From the human T2T-CHM13v2.0 reference genome, Homo sapiens, in NCBI RefSeq assembly GCF_009914755.1, contig NC_060926.1: a stretch of DNA of 64,000 bases; one strand, given 5' to 3'. Below the pieces are notes generated by a model, which was not told where the DNA came from, ran no database searches, and worked only from the letters and a program-made list of their open reading frames with translations. The position numbers were made by a program, and so were the translations under genes. This document shows, piece by piece, positions 1 through 13,509 of the stretch. The stretch's first letter is position 1; every line of letters begins with the position of its first letter.

Positions 1-570
1 TAATAAAAAAGACTTGAAAATATGAGCAAGTAACAAGAGAATATTAAAGCAAATTTGTAAAATAACCAAATAGAACATCTAGAAAAAATATAAATGAAAC
101 TTAAAATATAATAGATTAAACCGGAAGATTAGTCAAAGGCTAGTCAAAGAAAAAACTAGTAAACTGGTTTTACTCAGGAGGAAGGTCAGCTAATTAATTA
201 AGAGTTTGTTAAGTATGCATATGAAATTATCTAAAAATAGCTACAAAAACATAACTACTAAATTAGCTTAGGGAGTAAAAGTATAATTAGAAAAAGCACA
301 AATTAAATACAAAAGAAGGAAAAAATGCTTTCCAAACAAAACTGAAAACGTCAAAGAACAATATTAATTACCACAAATGTAAATGGATCTTACTTTCATT
401 AAAAGAAAATGACTTTCAGCCTGTATTTTTAAAACCTCAACTCTGTGCTGTTTAAATAAAATACCCCTGAAATATAAGGACAGAGAAGGGTTTAAATTAA
501 AAATTTAGAAAAATGAATGTACTAAACAATATTAACCTAAGTAAAACTGGTGATCCTATATTAATATCGG
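1..570 (+). mobile_element. Old L1M fragment (ORF1 end / ORF2 endonuclease start), highly decayed
   Basis: A-rich sense strand; ACAAATGTAAATGGATCT and AACTGGTGATCCTATATTAATATC resemble the start of L1 ORF2. Confidence 0.6.
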
Positions 571-579
571 GCAACTGGG

Positions 580-1082
580 AACTTCAGCTTTTGGCTATGA
601 GGGAATGCCTGGTTCCAGACTTTCCCTCCACTGCAAACAACCAGACAACTGAGCTTTTAAATATATAAAATAACTACATTCACACATTAGACAACCGGCA
701 GAATAAAACTGGGACCACAGAGACAAGGGAAATCGGCAAAGTAAGCCCTGATGGCGCCGCCTTTCTGTATGGAGGCACTTTCTGGGCAGCAGCACAAGGT
801 GAGAATGATTACAGGAGCACGGTGGACTCGCTCAGATGACGAGACACGTATTTGAAATCTGGGAGGCTGAGTTGGTGGTAATTTCCAGGGCAGAATACAG
901 GACAGAAGGAAGCTATGCAGAGAAAGAGGTCCAGATATCTGCAAAGGGGCTTCCTTGAGTTTTTGGTAAACATTAAGCTATAAACACATAGGGTCACACT
1001 TCATGAGGCTAGGCAAAGAAGGAATACCAAGTTGTAAGCTGAGTAAATTACTCCACACAGAACTGCTGGTAAATGTTCAAGG
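580..1082 (+). mobile_element. Old L1 5' UTR (L1MD/L1MC-type 5' end)
   Basis: Matches remembered L1M 5'-end consensus: ACTTCAGCTTTTGGCTATGA...CTTTCTGTATGGAGGCACTTTCTGG...GCTATGCAGAGAAAGAGGTCCAGATATCTGCA. Confidence 0.65.
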
Positions 1083-1953
1083 TGCCACCTCTCAGTAACT
1101 GATAGAACAAGTAGACACAAAATTGATGAGGTTCTCAAACACCTGAAGATCAGTATCAAACAGTCTTTATCAACATTCAGAGGGTGATAAACCAACAAGA
1201 TACACGTTCTTTTTGAGAACATATAAAACAATTATGAGAACGATCATATGCGAGTAACTATAAATTTTAAATGGTTAAAATCAAAGGGAGTATTTTCTAT
1301 GACTTCAATGGAACCTAATTAGAAACCAGTAACAAGATATCTAGAAAATCCCCAAATATTATTTTAAAAAAACACAATATACTTTTAAACAATCTATGGA
1401 TCAAAATGAAAATTATAAGGGAAACTAGAAACTTTTGATTTGAATACTAATGAAAACACATATCAAAATTTGTGGGATAGAAAAAATGGTGTCTAGAGGA
1501 AATTTGTACCATTAAATATTCATATTAGAAAAAAAGAAAGGTCTGTAATCATTGTTCTAAACTTCTACCTTAAGAAGCCAGTAACAGATGAGTAAATTAA
1601 ACCCAAAATAATTAGAAAGAAATAAATGATACAGATTATAGGAAAATCAATGCAATCGAGTACAGAAATTTAATAGAGAAAAAAACAATGAAACCAAAAC
1701 CTGGGCTGATCAGGAAAAAAGAGAGAAGATAGAAATTACCAATATTAGGAATAAAAGAGCATGACTACAGACCCTAAAGAGATTACTCAGATAACCAGAC
1801 AATAGTATGAGCAAATATATTGTGTCACAAACAAATTTGCCAACTTAGATGAATTTGACAAATTCCTTAAAGGATACACATTTTAGAAACTGGTATAAGG
1901 ATAAATAGAAAATTTGATTCACTTTATATCTATTAAAAAACTTAATCTATAAA
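1083..1953 (+). mobile_element. Old L1M ORF2 fragment
   Basis: CTCTCAGTAACTGATAGAACAAGTAGAC, CATATCAAAATTTGTGGGAT, CAACTTAGATGAATTTGACAAATTCCTT are collinear L1 ORF2 landmarks. Confidence 0.8.
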
Positions 1954-1959
1954 TGTTCT

Positions 1960-2640
1960 CCTGCGGATAAATACTTTGTTTCAGTTTTTGTAATAAATAT
2001 TCAATGAATCTTTTTGTGCAACATCGGTGCAGTTTGGCAAGTTATCTCTGAACATTCTAGAATTGTCAAGGTGATTAACATTGCACATATTGATATATAT
2101 TATCAAATGCTCCTCTAGAAAGCTGTACCAACTTACACTCCCACCAACACCTATTGGAAGAGGCAATTTCCAATGTTTTAAATTTTTCCCAGCAGATGAT
2201 AAAGTATGTCTTTTGTGTTTAATTACATATCTTGGATTCATAGTGAGACTTAACATTTTTATTATATGTATCATACATTTACTTTTTATCATTCTTTTTA
2301 GTATAGACTGAGTTGTCTACTTTTCTTTTGGGTGTTATTTTCTGAAAGGTCTTTGATTAGGAATATAACTCTTTTTTCATATATGCTGCAATTATTTTTT
2401 AAAAAATTATTATTTAAATGTCAACCTCACAGGTGTGTGTGTGTATGTATGTGTGTATGCTACCATGCAAAAGTTTAAAAAATATGTAGACAAGTTTATC
2501 AGCCTTTTTATTTATGATTCTGGTTTTCCTAATTTTGAGTCACTTTTGAAAAATGCCAGATTCTTGGACAAAAATCAGGCCTGTCTTCCATATGTGCCGA
2601 TAGTGTTATAGTATTTATTTTTATGTGTCTACTTTCATCT
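1960..2640 (-). mobile_element. L1ME-type 3' fragment
   Basis: CTCTAGAAAGCTGTACCAACTTACACTCCCACCAAC is the antisense L1M 3' hallmark; T-rich. Confidence 0.65.
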
Positions 2641-3084
2641 GATAACTTTCAGTTATTTTTCAAATCAGTTTTATTTATTTAATCTCAGTGTGGTAGATAA
2701 AAGGCCCAATTTTTCTTGTTAACAACTTCTTTTTTGTGCTTACTTCTTCTTTGATACCTAGATAAACAAGAGAGGGAAAAAAAAAACTTAAAAATGGGTC
2801 CTTGATCCCTCCCAAACTGATTCTGTGGTCTTTTTAGGCAATATTTTTTGAGTACTGCTTATTATGTGTTAGTCCATATGCTAAGCATCATACTGGTGTA
2901 AGCATGAATGAGACATTTTCCCAAGCACATTACCTTATACTAGGAAGGTGTGTTGTGTTCTGTTCTGTTCTCTATGTGGGGAGCGAGGCTCCAGCTCCAA
3001 TGTGTCACTTCCTGCAGGAAGCCAAATCTAAGACTCTAATACCCACTGCTTGTGTTTGTTACTCTATTATTTCTTAAGATAACC

Positions 3085-3220
3085 TTTTGCAATTGTCTGT
3101 ATCCCCCATGAGGCTACAAGAGTATAGAAAGTTTGTGTAATTTACGATTATATCTCCTGTACCTCATGAGCTCCTTCCACACAATTGGCCTCAGTATGTG
3201 TTGAATGAATTAATGAATAA
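3085..3220 (+). mobile_element. L2 3' end
   Basis: Ends CTCAGTATGTGTTGAATGAATTAATGAAT (L2 terminal TGAA repeats). Confidence 0.6.
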
Positions 3221-3290
3221 GTAGGTGCAGAGCCTCCGGCTGATTCACAGATGGATGAAGGATCAGCTTCTCCACAAACGCACCAACAAC

Positions 3291-3620
3291 TGCGACGGTT
3301 GAATTACATCCACCCCCACCAACTTCATCTGTGGAAGCCCTAACGCGGTACCTCAGAATGTGACTATATTTGTACATAGAGCCTTTAACAAGGTGATTCA
3401 GTGAAAATGAGGCCAATAGAATCCCTAATCCATATGCCTGGTATCCTTATAAGAGGACATTTGGACACACAGGGAAAGGACCAGGTGAGGACACAGCAAG
3501 CCGGCAGCCAGGCCTTAATCTTAAACCCTCAGACTCCAGAATTGTGAGAATATCAACTTCTGTTGTTTAAGCCACCCAACCTGTGGTGTTGTGTTATGGC
3601 AACCCTAGCAAACTAACACC
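3291..3620 (+). mobile_element. MLT1B-like MaLR solo LTR, apparently inserted in an older MLT1 (I/J-like) LTR that continues to ~3746
   Basis: CCTCAGAATGTGACTATATTTG...CTTCTGTTGTTTAAGCCACCCAACCTGTGG...GCAACCCTAGCAAACTAAC; downstream flank has a second MLT1 3' end (CCCAGCTGAGATCAGC...TAGCTGATA). Confidence 0.8.
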
Positions 3621-4050
3621 CAAACCCAGCTGAGATCAGCCCAGCCTCAGCCTTCTGTCCCATGAGTAAATAAAGGCAGATCATTGTAGGCCAGTAAAGT
3701 TCTGTGGCTGTTATCCCACATTGTTGTGGCCACAATTAGCTGATAGCTACTTTATCTCTAGGAGCCTCAGCTTTCTTAACTATAAAGTGGGTCTTTTATG
3801 CGTGTTCTATTGGGTTTGGGGGAATATATTTAAGAAGCCATTAAGTAAGCCATGTTTTGCTTAACACTTGGCACACAATAAGCATGAATATATTCTTATT
3901 ATGGCAATGTTCTTTTTCCTAATATTAATCATATTCTGCCCAGTGTTTTCCTGAATTTTATGTTAGGGTTAGTCCCCACTCAGAACGGTTGACTCCTTCA
4001 TAGTCTTCCTATTTCCTCCAGCCAACCACTGGAAAGCCATAAAGAGTAGA

Positions 4051-4439
4051 CTTTGCTTGGATTGGAAAAGAAAATGTGATACATATGCACCATGGAATAC
4101 TATGCAGCCATAAAAAAGAATGAAATAATGTCCATTGCAGCCACATGGATGCAGCTGGAGGCCACTATTGTAAGCGAATGAATGCAGGAACAGTAAACCA
4201 AATACCACGTGTTTTCACTTATAACTGGGAGCTAGCCACTGAGTACTCATGGACATAAAGATAGCAGCAATAGAAACTGGAGGGAGTGGGAAGGAGGGGG
4301 CAAAGGTCAAAAAATTATTGGGTACTAAGTACCTGGGTGACAGGAATTCATACCTCAAATCTCAGCATCATGCAGTATACCCAGGTAACCTGCAGGTGCA
4401 CCCCTTTAACCTAAAATAAAATTTAAAAAGAAATAAGAG
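4051..4439 (+). mobile_element. 5'-truncated L1PB-type 3' UTR with 11-bp TSD
   Basis: CATGGAATACTATGCAGCCATAAAAAAGAATGAAAT; A-rich tail; TSD TAAAGAGTAGA at 4040-4050 and 4440-4450. Confidence 0.9.
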
Positions 4440-4901
4440 TAAAGAGTAGAATTAGCCATAGCAACAATAGCAGCAGTAGTGGTAATAAAGTGACAATTGT
4501 TCTAAAGAAAGTCTCAGAACAAATAGGGAGATGGGAGGAGGGAAATATCTCAGGCTGAAGCCTTAGGGAATAATGACAGTTTTGTGGACCAGGAAGCATT
4601 TTAGTTGAACTTTGATGAATGATTAGAAGTTTGGGAAATTAAGAGGGTTCAAGTAGACGGGGTGGTGGGTGTCAGTGAAGTGGGAAGCAGTGATTGGCTC
4701 CTTTGGGCTGGAGTTCTTGGAGTAAGTGCTGATAGTTTTGGGAAGATTTATCTGGAAGTGTAGCCCAGGGTCATACTGCAGAGGCGATGAGTTTCAGAGA
4801 AACACAATTCTCCTCTTCTATTTCCTGTAGGATCCCAGGGTACGGCTGCAAAAGGAGTCTGAGAAGATGACTTACTGAAATCAAGGTACTTTCTTAGTCA
4901 T

Positions 4902-5508
4902 TGTGATAGTTAATTGTAGGTGTCAGCTTGACTGTATTCAGGGACACCTAGCTAGCTGGTAGAGCTTTATTTCTGAGTGTGTCTCTGAGGATGTTTCTAG
5001 GAGAGACTGGCATTTGCATCAATGGACTGAATAAGGGAGAGCCATCCTCACCTAATGTGGGGGCACCATTCACTCCACTGAGGGCTCTGATGGAAAAAAA
5101 AAAAAAAAAAAGGTAACGTAATGGTGAATTTGTTCTCTCTCTCTTCCAGAGCTTGGATGCCCTTCTCCTTCTGCCCTTGGATGTCAGAATTCCAGTTCCT
5201 CTGGCTTTTGGACTGTAGGACTCACACCAGCATTCCCTGTCCCTACCACCTCCACCACCCACCAGCTTTCAGGCCTTTGGCCTGAGACTGAGAGTTACAC
5301 CATCGGCTTCCTTGGTTCTGAGGCCTTCATATCCGGACTGAACCATGCAACTGCCTTTCCTGGTTCTCCAGCTTGCAGTCGGCCTGTTGTGACACCTCTC
5401 AGCCTTCCTTACAAAGTGAGCCAATTCCCTTAATTAATCATTTCTCCTCTCTCTCTGTCTCTTTCTAGCTTATTGGTTCTATCTCTCTGAAAAACCTTGA
5501 CTGATTCA
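4902..5508 (+). mobile_element. MLT2B-like ERVL solo LTR, full length
   Basis: TGTGATAGTTAATTGTAGGTGTCAGCTTGACTG...AACCTTGACTGATTCA, TG...CA termini, perfect 5-bp TSD GTCAT (4897-4901, 5509-5513). Confidence 0.92.
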
Positions 5509-6526
5509 GTCATCTTCCTAAAAGAGTTCAGCATTTAATAAAATCCCTCTAACCCACAGGCCTAGTCCTCTCTAGGCTGGTTGCATTAAGGGATAGAAAG
5601 TCTGGAGAAGACTTTCCAATCCGGTTTTGGGGGCGAGTCAATTGCATGCGTGAAACTGAAGTTAGCAGGAGAGGGCGCTGTCCCCAAAGCTTCAGGGCCT
5701 GCAGATGCTCAGAAAGAGCTGTCAGCCTGGTCCAGGCACAGGAGAGAAGAACCAGTGTCCTGGACGAGGGGACCCGGAAGTCTGGAAAGCAGCCAGTATA
5801 CCTTGGGAAGGGTGGGCAGGAGGCGCAAAGGCAGTCCAGCAAGCACAGAGGGACTGTTGAGGAATATTACAGGGTGGGGCAGTTACTGGGGGTAGGAGGT
5901 GAGGGAGAATTGTTTGTGACCCACATTGCACAGTCACCTTAGAGTTTTCCAGAAGTGAGTCCTGAGAGGAGGCACATGCAATGACCAGCCATAGCCACTA
6001 GGGGGAAGCATTTGCTTGTGAAACCAACGACCTAACCGACCAGTAGCCAACTCAGATTCCTGTCACTATACCCTTGAACTATCCCAAGAAGTGGGGATTG
6101 ACATTTTCTAATGAATTATAAACTAAGAGACACTACTGCTGACTCTCCCCAGGCTAGGATTCTAGTTTAGCCGCAGGATGACCACAACAGACAAACCTCG
6201 CATGCTATTTGCCCATGAGTGGTCGGTCACACCCTGGTGATTTGAGGTGCATCCCGGGCACGGTCTCAGAGGTCAAGGTCTCTGAGCCGTCTTCTTTACT
6301 TATTGGCTAAGGGACTGTCTTCCTCCTTTTCATCCCTTGGGGCAGCAACATCCAGTTGCGGTTTGAGAAATCTGAAAGGAGACAGACATAGGCCCAACTA
6401 CTCTTGGGACAGCTGTTTTTGTTTGTTTGTTTGTTGTTGTTTGTTTGTTTTGGATAGCTGTTTAATGAATCTCAGTGACAAACTTCAACTCTTCGATTTA
6501 GTACATATCTTGGCTCTTAGGGAGTA

Positions 6527-6690
6527 GGGTTCACATTTCAGCTTTGCTGTTTACTAGCTACATGAACTTGGATCCATCTCTTAACTCTCAGGCCTTTGGT
6601 GTACTCATTTAAAATGTAATCACAGAGCTGCTGTAAAGGTTAAATTAGAACCATATATGTAAAGCATCAGCACATAAAAAGAGCTCCAAT
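6527..6690 (+). mobile_element. MIR
   Basis: GGGTTCACATTTCAGCTTTGCTGTTTACTAGCT...TGTAAAGGTTAAATTAGA...TATGTAAAGCA core. Confidence 0.7.
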
Positions 6691-6849
6691 GTGAGTACCC
6701 TTTATTCTTTGAATGATTTTCTTAACCAATCAGCCTTCCCTTAACGGGCCCAGCCTGGTGCTGTTGCTTCCAGTTATCGAAAGGATTATTAGGTGCTTGT
6801 GCACATTTCAAGTTTCCTTGTGGATGAAGATCCCATAATTTTCATTAGA

Positions 6850-7082
6850 GTATCACCTCTCAAACTTCAGACATTTTGATACCAACTTTATAATTGTTGC
6901 TATGTCTGCTATCCATTTGCACTATTATTTATTAAATATTTTTTTAAATCAACTCTTTTTTAAAAAACTTAATTTTAAAAGGAAACTTTATGTCATTTTT
7001 ATAACTGGAAAACTAGTGTCACATGCAATAAATAAAAAGGTTAGCATAAAAATAACCATTAAAAGAAACCAAGTGATTAAAT
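6850..7082. mobile_element. hAT-Charlie-type DNA transposon fragment
   Basis: CTCAAACTTCAGACATT...TTTAAAAGGAAACTTTATGTCA...GGAAAACTAGTGTCAC resembles a Charlie non-autonomous consensus; subfamily uncertain. Confidence 0.55.
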
Positions 7083-7145
7083 AGTGCATTACATAAATAA
7101 TAGATACACCAATCAATATATTAAAATATTCCTGAGGATCTGCAG

Positions 7146-7314
7146 CAAGCTGTACCAGCCCTAGGTAATTTTAATAAGTCATTTAATACACAGATACAAT
7201 GATTAGTGCATTTCAATAATCAAAACAAGCTGCACCAGCCCTAGGTAATTTTAATAAGTCATTTAATACACAGATACAATGATTAGTGCATTTCAATAAT
7301 CATAACAAGCTGCA
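7146..7314. repeat. 80-bp tandem duplication (2 copies plus 9-bp partial)
   Basis: 7146-7225 and 7226-7305 are identical except at 2 positions; CAAGCTGCA follows at 7306-7314. Confidence 0.97.
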
Positions 7315-7907
7315 AACATATTTGGAGTTGTAAATAAATAAATAAATTCAAATAAAATATATATCTACTGTTCTTTGATAACTGATTTCATCTTTTGTAT
7401 ATGCCCCTCTCTGGTCAATTCTGTTCATTTGCATAATTAAAGCTGCCTCTTCAAATAACTCTCTTTCTGGTCAATAATCCAAATAAACTCTCAGCTTTTG
7501 GGTGTTTTCTTTCTTCCTCTGTTTTTCTCCAAGCTGGTAGCTGAGTTTATGGCAGAGGGCTGTGTCTTTGTGATTTTGTGTTGATGGCTATGGGAGCAGG
7601 GTATCTGTGAGGTGTGATATCGACCCTCTGCTCTTCCTGATTGTAAAGTAGTTGCTCGGCTGGAGTCTGGGTCCACACTGCTTGGCTCAAGCCTCAAAGG
7701 CCTGACCCTGGCCTTTGCTCTGATCCCATACCTTTGCTGGCACACCAGCCCTTTCTTGATATGTCTGTGTTCCTTCTTCAGAACATCCAGTGCTTGATCA
7801 CTCTGCTCTCCTTTCTCCCTTTTTTGCCCAATAATCGCCACAAAGGGCAGGTTCTCACCTCTTCCTCTTCCAGGCCAATTAGTCTTCCTTATGTAAAACC
7901 CTACATT

Positions 7908-8230
7908 GGTTGGATGCGGTGGCTCACACCTATAATCCCAGCACTTTGGGAGGCCAAGGTGGGCAGATCACTTGAGGATCAGGCGTTTGAGACCAGCGTG
8001 GCCAACACAGTGAAACCCTGTCTCTACTAAAAATACAAAACTAACCAGATGTGGTTGCATGCACCTGTAGCCCCAGCTACTCGGGAGGCTGAGGCAGGAC
8101 AATTGCTTGAACCCAGAGGCGGAGGTTGCAATGAGCCAAGATTGGGCCACTGCACTACTGCCCGCATGACAAAGTGAGACCCTGTCTTAAAAACAACAAA
8201 AACAAAAAACAAAACAAAACAAACAAAAAA
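7908..8230 (+). mobile_element. AluS (Sx/Sz-like), full length
   Basis: Dimeric Alu, (AAAAC)n tail, diverged TSD AAAACCCTACATT / AAAACTCTATATT. Confidence 0.95.
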
Positions 8231-10324
8231 CTCTATATTTAAGTCACCCAGGCCATGTTAAAGATGGGGTTTGCCATTAAATTATAGTTTTGAGATAGAA
8301 TCAGAAGTTACCTTTTCCTTTCACTTCACATTTTTGCTATAATGGTTATAAATATCTTTGAGGCAAATGGAGATCCTTGGCAGATTGAAGGTTGATCAGT
8401 TCAAGAAACTGTTACCCAAGTGAGACTGGAGAAAAGACCACTTTTATTAATTATACATCAAGAGCTTTCCAACTTTTAAGGAGCATATCTCAAAGATCCA
8501 AATAGAAGAATATACTAAATTATATGCACATTAAGACTTACATGTGTTGCTGGGTTTCTTTTGTTGTTGTTGTTTTACTTGTCTTGTGTGTTTGGGGTGA
8601 TTCAGGACACTGGATGTTCATCAACACATTACAAGGCGTAGAACTTTTTCTGCTTATCCTGTGACACACGACTGTAAAAGATCTTTGCAAAGAGTTTTGA
8701 AAATGGATAAATGAAGAAACAAACCTATGATCATGAGAGAAGAACCAGAAGATTTCAATACTCAGCCACGAATCAGCAGAACTGTGCAGAAGCAGGGGAG
8801 CTTCTCTCTGGAGGCCCCACTTCATGTCAGTCAGACTTGTAGGAAGGGACTTTATTTCATGTAGTTATATGGGAAAGATTTGGTTTTCAATCCATCTTAA
8901 TTTAATCAAAAAAGGGCCTTTTAGGAAAAGCCATAACTCAGTTTGTGCTAAAACCAACTAATAGTTGAATCTGAGTAGAAAATAGAAGCCATATAGAATG
9001 TGTTACCCTAAATCAAAATTCATTCTTCATCTGAAGCCTGCAGGTTGTAAATCAGGAATTAAACTCATGTCAGTAAATCCAAGCAAATGCACACAAACCT
9101 GAGAGTTAGCACATCTGAAACAGAAGCTTGAAAGGCAAACCTGCATAAATCAAATCTCTAAATCAAAGCGGGAAACAATGATTTTTCTTGTCCTACAGAG
9201 CAGGAGAAACGAACTCTCTAAACCCCTGTATGCAGATAAAAGTTCTGGTTTTTATATAGCTTGATGTATTTATGTATGGAGGAAGCACAGCCTGAAATTA
9301 AGCAAGAAGAATGAAATATTGTAATGACCACTCCAGAGCAGCAGCCCAGCAAGTAATTCCACAGTCAAGTCATTAACAAGCACTTTGAGAAAATATGCCT
9401 TTAGCATTCAGCTGTTCTTTGCCAAGAGATGGCAGGGGGTGAAATGTTCTCAGAATCCCTAAAAGGTGTTTGTCAAAGAAGCTGCCCAGTGGTCAAGAAG
9501 GGAAAGGGCTCCTGCAGATTTGGCATGAAGCTACTATTCCTGACAGGTTTGACCGTCCACATCTTAAGAGTGATCTAAGTATTTGCTGTGCTCTGTATAG
9601 ATCCCTACCTAGCTCAGGGACTCTGCAGTCTCAAGGAGGTTCTGGTGCCTTGGAATGTTAATGTCATATTTATAATGTAATTTTCTCTCATTTTAGAAAT
9701 TTTCTTAAATCTAATTTACTGCCCAGGGTTTCCACAATCCCCTTATTAAGGGAGCCAGATGCTCAGATCACTGTGGTTTATTGATTAAATGTTAAAAAAA
9801 AACTATGTGCACAGAGAACTCTGTTTTGGTAAAAGGGCAGTGGAATAAGCCAATAACATTGCATAATTTATTTGCTTTAATTAAATTGACATTAAAGAAA
9901 AGTCTTACTATTTTCATGTAATACATGTTTGGAAGCTGGGTCCCCACCAGTGCTTCCCATGTTGCATTTAATTTCTGATTTTGAGCTGATCTATGCACAC
10001 AAGTGTTTCTAACTTAAAATAAGAAACCATGTGTAACAGAGTATGAGTGAACACATAAACCACAGAGAGCATCTCTGTGGACACAGGTTGCTTATATAAC
10101 TATGAAAAGGAGAGAGTTGAACATGGGCCTCTTGCTTACCCATCACAGACAAAAATCCTTTGCAGTACATGAAAACCAACTGCAGCTTGTTAATGATTCT
10201 TCTTTGTGAAGTGGCTTGTTTTGAAGCAAAGTATTCATCAAGTGCTGCAGGAACCAGCCCCAATTGCTACACTTAACACCCCTCCTAGAGACCTCTAAGT
10301 TACCTAGAGTATATGAAGAAAATG

Positions 10325-10430
10325 TTTGTTTAATTCATTAATTTAGTCAAAAAATATTTAATGAATACCTTCTGGTGACAGCCACTTTTCCAGGAGCTGG
10401 AGATATACCATTGGAAAAAAACTGGACAAT
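10325..10430 (-). mobile_element. L2 3' end
   Basis: ATTCATTAATTTAGTCAAAAAATATTTAATGAATACCT...AGCTGGAGATATA. Confidence 0.6.
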
Positions 10431-10490
10431 TTTAACACCAGATCAACTTGATTTCCTGACTGAATCATTTTGGGCTAAATATCTTCTTCC

Positions 10491-12451
<1,961 letters not shown>

Positions 12452-13332
12452 AGAAAACAGAACACTTACACAATGTTGGTGGAATTGCAAATTAGTTCAA
12501 CCATTCTGGAAAGCAGTGTTTTGATTCCTTAAAGAGCTAAAAACAGAACTACCATTCAACTCAGCATTCTTATTACTGGGTATATACCCAGATAATATAA
12601 AACATTCTACTATAAAGATGCATGCATGCATATGTTCATTGCAGCACTATTCACAATAGCAAAGATATGGGATCAACCTAAATGCCCATCAATGACAGAT
12701 TGGATAAAGCAAGCATGGTTCATGTACACTATGGAATACGATGCAGTCATAAAAAAGAATGAAATCATGTCTTTGCAGAAACGTGGATGGAACTAGAGGC
12801 CGTTATTCTTAGCAAACTAATGCAGGAACAGAAAACCAAATACGGCATGTTGTCATAAGTGGGAGCTAAATGATGAGGACACATGGACACATAGAGGGGA
12901 ACAACAGACACTGGTGCCTACCAGAAGATGAAGGGTGGGAGGAGAGAAAGGAGAAGAAAAAAAATAACTATTAGATACTAGGCTTAGTGTTTGGGTGACA
13001 AAATAATCTGTACATCAAACCTCCATTACACAAGTTTACCTATATAACAAAACCTGCACATGTACCCCTCCCTGAACTAAAAGTTAAAAAAAAATTTTTC
13101 TTAATAATGCTCCACCTTGTAGAAGAGTTAAGTAATTCTTATTGTGCCTCTTGGGACATCTTATCCCCAAACTCCAACAGGTCCTTTTATTTGGTGACAG
13201 GGGGAAGACTCTTTATAATTCAGAAAAAAATTAAAATGCACAAATTTCATATACTAGGATAATAACTATGGAAAATAACATGCAGACAAGTGCTTGGGAA
13301 AAAAATTTTGAAGTAAAAGTGTTAGGATAGGG

Positions 13333-13509
13333 CAGTGATTTTCAACGTGTAAGCAGCAGCATCCTCATTGCCTTGAGACTCTTTAGAAATACAAATTATC
13401 AGGCCCCATCTCAGAAATACTGAGTCCAAAACTGGAGTGGCGGGTGCACACCAGTGCTTTAACAAGTCCCCAGGTGATTCAGATTCACCCTGGAGTTTGA
13501 AAGCCGCTG
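13333..13509. mobile_element. MER5A (hAT-Charlie MITE)
   Basis: CAGTGATTTTCAAC...TTAGAAATACAAATTATCAGGCCCCATCTCAGA...TTTAACAAGTCCCCAGGTGATTC...GTTTGAAAGCCGCTG with terminal inverted repeats. Confidence 0.85.

Noticed and set aside
5600-6380. CpG island or gene promoter
   Set aside because: CpG density only mildly raised and well below island level; kept only as a regulatory candidate
7146-7314. Possible CRISPR-like repeat-spacer array
   Set aside because: Whole 80-bp unit is duplicated, with no unique spacers and no cas genes; eukaryotic DNA
7491-7841. 116-aa basic minus-strand ORF in unique DNA
   Set aside because: No recognisable domain or homologue, no splice or promoter support; length within chance expectation
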